From NCBI GenBank assembly GCA_047601445.1, contig JASGJH010000001.1, positions 5,920,001 through 5,984,000 on the forward strand: 64,000 nt of DNA, written 5' to 3'. Position numbers and translations under genes: made by a program. The stretch comes from Myxococcales bacterium (GTDB lineage Bacteria; Myxococcota_A; Polyangia; Polyangiales; DASUME01). Shown one piece after another: positions 59,820 through 64,000 of this stretch (position 1 is its first letter; each line of letters begins with the position of its first letter). A model generated the notes under the pieces. That model was not told the DNA's origin and made no database searches. It saw only the letters and a list, made by a program, of their open reading frames with translations.

Positions 59820-60473
59820 TCACTCGGCGCTGGGCGCGGCGGCTCCTTCGTGCTCCGGGTTGAGCGCGCTGCGCAGCTCCAGTTCCTCGCGGACGCGGCG
59901 CAGGAGGCTAGACGTGCTCATGCGCAGGCGCACCAGGGAGCGGTCATCGAGCTCGTCGACGTTGTCGCTCAGACGCTCCATTTCACGCAGCACCTTGGTG
60001 TCGAGGCGCCCGTGGAGCGCCGCCAGGGACCATTGCACCTCGCGGATGCGTCCCGCGAGCGCTCGGGCCTCCGCGCGTCTGCGCACCTCCATGAGTCCGA
60101 GCACCGCCACGCTGGCGGAGAGCGCGGCGGTTCTCAGCACGTGGCCCCACGCGTCGTTCTCGCCGTACAGCGAGCACGCGAGCCAGAGGCACGCTGTGAA
60201 GAACACGACGGCGGTGAAGCCATGACCGTGGCCTCGCTCGCGCACCCGCTGCGCCATCGAATGCGTGCTTCGACGCCAGTTCGTCCAGGCAAGGGCGCCC
60301 GCGCTGGACCTCCGCGCCCAGCTGCTCGCTGCGCGCGAACGGGCCAACGCCCAGGCGCGTGTGACGGAGCGGCGACCGAGCCGGACCACCCTGCGGCCGG
60401 ATCGGCTCAGCAGTTCGATACGAGGTCGAATCAGAGTCTCGATCCAGAGAAAGGATTCGGTGGTGGTAGCCAT
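59820..60473 (-). CDS. Hypothetical membrane protein (two TMs plus coiled coil)
   Basis: ORF with two hydrophobic segments; sigma54-like site upstream. Confidence 0.55.
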   Translation of the reverse strand: MATTTESFLWIETLIRPRIELLSRSGRRVVRLGRRSVTRAWALARSRAASSWARRSSAGALAWTNWRRSTHSMAQRVRERGHGHGFTAVVFFTACLWLACSLYGENDAWGHVLRTAALSASVAVLGLMEVRRRAEARALAGRIREVQWSLAALHGRLDTKVLREMERLSDNVDELDDRSLVRLRMSTSSLLRRVREELELRSALNPEHEGAAAPSAE

Positions 60474-60542
60474 GGTGCACCTGGGGGAACGGGGGCGTAC
60501 GAGACGTTGACGTTGATGTCAGCCAGTCAGCGAGACGCGCAC

Positions 60543-60558
60543 TGCAATCCAGATGCCA
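60543..60558 (-). promoter_or_regulatory. Sigma54 promoter
   Basis: Minus strand TGGCATC-TGGA-TTGCA. Confidence 0.55.
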
Positions 60559-60795
60559 CTGACGCTGCTTTCCGATGGAAGCGTGAACTTGTAGCGGCCG
60601 TGCGATGGCGCTGCACTTTAGGGGAGTGTTGGCCCTTGTCCGAGCGGCCGATGAACTAGCCGCGCATCGCAGGATGGCAGCGGCAGACCTGCGCGCGTGG
60701 GGCGAGATTGCAGCGTCGCGAGCGCGGCTCGGCCTGCGCCGCGTGGCGCCGCGTGTTTCGAAGGGATGAACAGGGCACGACTTCCCGCAAGCACG

Positions 60796-61020
60796 TGAAT
60801 GCCGAGCTGCCGCCCGCTTCCAAGTCTGCCCGCGACGCCGCGCTCTATTACGTCAACGATGGCGAGCCAGGCATCAGCGGGGCACGCGCCGCGCTTGCGG
60901 TATCGCACCGAGCGCGGGCGGCAGGTGCGACGCCGCGACGTTGAAGCGGATCCGCTCTCTCACTGTGCGCCTGCCTGGCATGACGTCTGGACTTGCGCGA
61001 AGCCACGCTCGAGCGCGCCG
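60796..61020 (+). pseudogene. Decayed 5' remnant of a bacterial DNA topoisomerase IB gene
   Basis: Fragments in different frames: SARDAALYYVNDGEPGI / LRYRTERGRQV / KRIRSL / PAWHDVWTCAKPR. Confidence 0.7.
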
Positions 61021-61207
61021 ATGTGGCGGCATCACGTCACCACGCTTTTTCACAGGCGTGACTCGAGCACCACAGCGTGGCCGTGACTTGGTGGGCAAGC
61101 GCACCGCGGATAGTGCCAAAATCTCGGAAAAATTGCCCCTCGGTGCAGGCACGCTTTTCGCTCTCGGCCCCATGCGCGGTCCCGAGCGAAGGCCGCTTGG
61201 GGGCGTC

Positions 61208-61609
61208 ATGCTGCGTCGAGTCACCCTGGTGCTCTTGTTGTCGAGTCTGCTCGCGAGCTCGAGTGGCTGTGCCCATCGCTCGGCCAAAGCGCGGGCCGCC
61301 ATGGCCATCGGTGGGCTCGCGCTCATCACGGGGCTGCTGCTGGCCGGCGGCTGCGACGACGACAATCAGCCGAATTCAGGCTGCGGCTCTTCCAGGGGAG
61401 GTCACCCGAAGATCGGCGCACCCCTGGCCGCTGCGGGCCTGGCCGCGATGGCCGCCGGCGATGTCGCGTTGCGGTCCGAGCATGGGCGCGGCCCGCGTCG
61501 AAGAAACCGCGGCCTGCCGCCTCTCCCCCCGCCGGTGCTACCCGATCCCTTCGTTCCCAGCCTGTACGAGCCGGTGGCGGGGTCCCCAATCATCACGCTG
61601 GTGCGCTGA
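61208..61609 (+). CDS. Hypothetical exported/lipoprotein
   Basis: Signal with SSGC; hydrophobic segments; AGGCACG-CTTT-TCGC sigma54-like site at 61147-61161. Confidence 0.55.
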   Translation: MLRRVTLVLLLSSLLASSSGCAHRSAKARAAMAIGGLALITGLLLAGGCDDDNQPNSGCGSSRGGHPKIGAPLAAAGLAAMAAGDVALRSEHGRGPRRRNRGLPPLPPPVLPDPFVPSLYEPVAGSPIITLVR

Positions 61610-61663
61610 CCTTTCACGGGCGCGTGCCCGTGCGTAGCTTCTGCGCGCCTTCACGCCGCGAGC

Positions 61664-62656
61664 TCAGCCGTTCGCCGGCGGCTCGGGGCTCTCGGTCTTG
61701 CCTCCGAGCAGCTTCTTCACCGCCAACACCACGCCCGCGCCCGCGGCTACCAACAGCTTCTTGCTCGCCAGCAGCGCCGCCACGATGATCTTGAACAAGC
61801 CGGCCTTGGCTGCGAGCTTGCCCGCCACCAGCGCTCCGATGCCATAGGCAGCCATCTTGTCCACACCCGGGTTGAAGTCGGCGTAGCGTTGGCCCGGATT
61901 GAACTCCACCGCGCTCAGCACGGAGGGCATGGCGGCCTTCACCATCGCGAGCTGGTCCACGGCGGCCACCGCGCTCAGCTCGAGTACACCCTTACGCCCG
62001 AGCACGCGGATGTCGTAGTTCAGCGTGTGCGCGTCCGAGCCTTCGAAGCTGAGCTCCTTGGCCCAGTACACCTTGCGTGTGCTGGCATCGTAGTGCGGCG
62101 GCTCGGCCCACTTGAGCAGGTGCACGGCCGGATAGCCCGCCTCCTTGCGCTGCGAGTTACCCTCCTCGGTGTCTTCCTTCATCTCGTCGAGCAGCTCGTT
62201 GAAGTCGAGATCCTTGGCGTCTTCATCGTCGACGTGGCCGTCTTCGGTGTAGGTCACGATCACGGCCCAGGAGGCGTCGGCGAACACCGACTCCTGCGTG
62301 GGCACCACCATGCCCAGCGTCTCGCTGCCTGGGGGATTGCCCCAAGCGACCAGCACCTTCTCGGTATCCGCCGCCGACAGGTAGCGCTGTCCATCCTTGA
62401 GATGCAGCGTGGCCAGCTTGTCACCCAAGGTGATCTCGCCCGTTTTGAAGGAGAGCGAGGCCTCGAGCTCGGCTCGCGGGTCCTGCTGGGCTTCCTCACT
62501 CGGCGCGCTCGGAGCAGCTTCCGGTGTGGCTCCGGGGCTGGGCTCGCTGGGCAGGCTGCCGGTGGCTTGCGGAGCGGGCTCGTCCGCGCGTGCCGGCGCG
62601 CTGGAGGCCAAGGGCGACAACAAGAGAGCGGCGGACAACGCGGCGATGGAGCGCAT
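61664..62656 (-). CDS. DUF2167 family membrane-anchored protein
   Basis: WGNPP, WAEPPHYD, LNYDIRVLGRKG, GQRYADF and AAKAGLF motifs. Confidence 0.92.
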   Translation of the reverse strand: MRSIAALSAALLLSPLASSAPARADEPAPQATGSLPSEPSPGATPEAAPSAPSEEAQQDPRAELEASLSFKTGEITLGDKLATLHLKDGQRYLSAADTEKVLVAWGNPPGSETLGMVVPTQESVFADASWAVIVTYTEDGHVDDEDAKDLDFNELLDEMKEDTEEGNSQRKEAGYPAVHLLKWAEPPHYDASTRKVYWAKELSFEGSDAHTLNYDIRVLGRKGVLELSAVAAVDQLAMVKAAMPSVLSAVEFNPGQRYADFNPGVDKMAAYGIGALVAGKLAAKAGLFKIIVAALLASKKLLVAAGAGVVLAVKKLLGGKTESPEPPANG

Positions 62657-62778
62657 GCATGCCTTTCTGGGGCAGCGAGAGTACCGCCCCGGGTGAGGCC
62701 GGAACGCTAGCACCGCTGCATCACGGGCTGGAAGTCTTCACCCTGAGAGAATGCGCATTCCGCAGCGCGCACCAGGTC

Positions 62779-63153
62779 TCAGGTGACCACCCAGGCTTCG
62801 GCCGACGCGCGATCCTTGAAGAACGCGAACTCGGGAATTCCCATCTCCTGGCTCAAGCGCTTGATTTGCAGCTGGGTCATGGCGCTACTCACGATGTCGG
62901 CGGCCTTGGCCATGCCCCCCTTGGTGGCATGTTCCATGGTCTTTCCGATCTGCACGTTGACGGCGTCGCTCTGCGCAGGGAACTCCGAGATGTCCGCCAC
63001 CACGTACCACTTCTTCCCGATCAGCGACGCGACGCGATCCCTGAAGTACGCCACGTAGGCCACACCGTCTGCCTCTTCCCACAACCCCCACACGCGCAGA
63101 TACACGACGTTGGTCTTGGTGTTGACCTCGACCAGGAACCCCTTGTTGCTCAT
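62779..63153 (-). CDS. Small STAS/SEC14-like protein
   Basis: RVWGLW, VVADISEF and FKDRASAEAW pattern. Confidence 0.65.
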   Translation of the reverse strand: MSNKGFLVEVNTKTNVVYLRVWGLWEEADGVAYVAYFRDRVASLIGKKWYVVADISEFPAQSDAVNVQIGKTMEHATKGGMAKAADIVSSAMTQLQIKRLSQEMGIPEFAFFKDRASAEAWVVT

Positions 63154-63192
63154 GCAAGCAATTGTGCACCGAGTTTTCGGCGCCCCTCTAGC

Positions 63193-64000
63193 CTAATCGA
63201 AGGCTTGCGCGACCAGGCGCTCGAGCTCGGCCACATCGATGGGCTTGGCGATGTGTTGCTCGAAGCCCGCTTGTCGGCTGCGTTCGCGGTCGCTCGCGGT
63301 GCCGTAGCCGCTGAGCGCGACCAGCTTCAAATGCTGTTCAGGCAAGAGCTCGCGCAGCTTTTGGGCGAGCTCGTAACCATCCATGACCGGGAGGCCCAGG
63401 TCCAGTACCGCCAATTCCGGACGAAAATCCGCGGCCACGGCAAGCGCAGTGGGGCCGTCGAAAGCGGTAGCGGTCTCGTGGCCGAACGACTCGAGGGCGA
63501 AGGCGAGCATCTCCGCGGCATCTTGGTTGTCGTCCACCACCAAGATTCTGCGCGGCGCGTGTGGACTCCGCTCGAGCGCGGCGGGCAGGGGTGTCCGCGT
63601 TCGCCGTCGGCGGGCGTAGGGAGGCAGCACCACGGTGAACTCGCTACCGCGTCCCACCCCATCGCTGCGGCAGGTCACCTGACCGCCGTGTGCGGTCACG
63701 ATGCCGTGCACGATCGCGAGCCCCAAGCCGAGACCACCCTGGGATTGATCGAGTCGTCGCTCTCCCTGCACGAAGGCTTCGAACAGCTTGGGCAAGAGCT
63801 CGGGCGCGATGCCTTCGCCGGTGTCCAGCACGCTCAGCATGAGGCCCTCGTCCGAGCGTCTTCCGACCACGCTGACGCGACCTCCCACGGGTGTGAATTT
63901 GGAGGCGTTGGTCAAGAGGTTCGAGACCACTTGGCCGAGCCGTTCGAGATCGCCGTCCACCGACAGACCTAAGGGAGGCACGTGCACGTCGAGAAACTGC
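63193..64000 (-). CDS. Hybrid histidine kinase (HATPase plus receiver), truncated by the window edge
   Basis: NLLTNASKFT, DTGEGI, GGLGLGL, VVDDN, LDLGLP and KP motifs. Confidence 0.94.
   Translation of the reverse strand, partial: QFLDVHVPPLGLSVDGDLERLGQVVSNLLTNASKFTPVGGRVSVVGRRSDEGLMLSVLDTGEGIAPELLPKLFEAFVQGERRLDQSQGGLGLGLAIVHGIVTAHGGQVTCRSDGVGRGSEFTVVLPPYARRRRTRTPLPAALERSPHAPRRILVVDDNQDAAEMLAFALESFGHETATAFDGPTALAVAADFRPELAVLDLGLPVMDGYELAQKLRELLPEQHLKLVALSGYGTASDRERSRQAGFEQHIAKPIDVAELERLVAQAFD

Overview
GC-rich bacterial chromosomal segment. The gene content points to Myxococcota, Polyangia-like (inference): a MYXO-CTERM protein, a DUF1592/DUF1552 pair, a Ser/Thr kinase-TPR/PEGA-FHA cluster and many Cys-rich lipoproteins. 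It holds about 55 CDS covering signalling (two GGDEF cyclases, two histidine kinases, an ECF sigma factor, Hanks and ABC1 kinases), envelope proteins, metabolic enzymes, SelO, a non-canonical Fic protein and a stress/repair cluster (LigD ligase, two tandem Ku genes, an HhH protein, SodC, a decayed TopIB). I saw no rRNA, tRNA, CRISPR array or transposase. The strongest unexplained signal is a dispersed family of ~80-bp three-hairpin repeats at five loci. The copies show compensatory base-pair changes and always lie in the sense orientation at a gene's 3' end. At one locus a 3x102-bp tandem array sits in frame inside the C-terminus of ligD. Five genes carry single frameshifts that look like assembly errors. 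All family assignments are by motif recognition, not database search.
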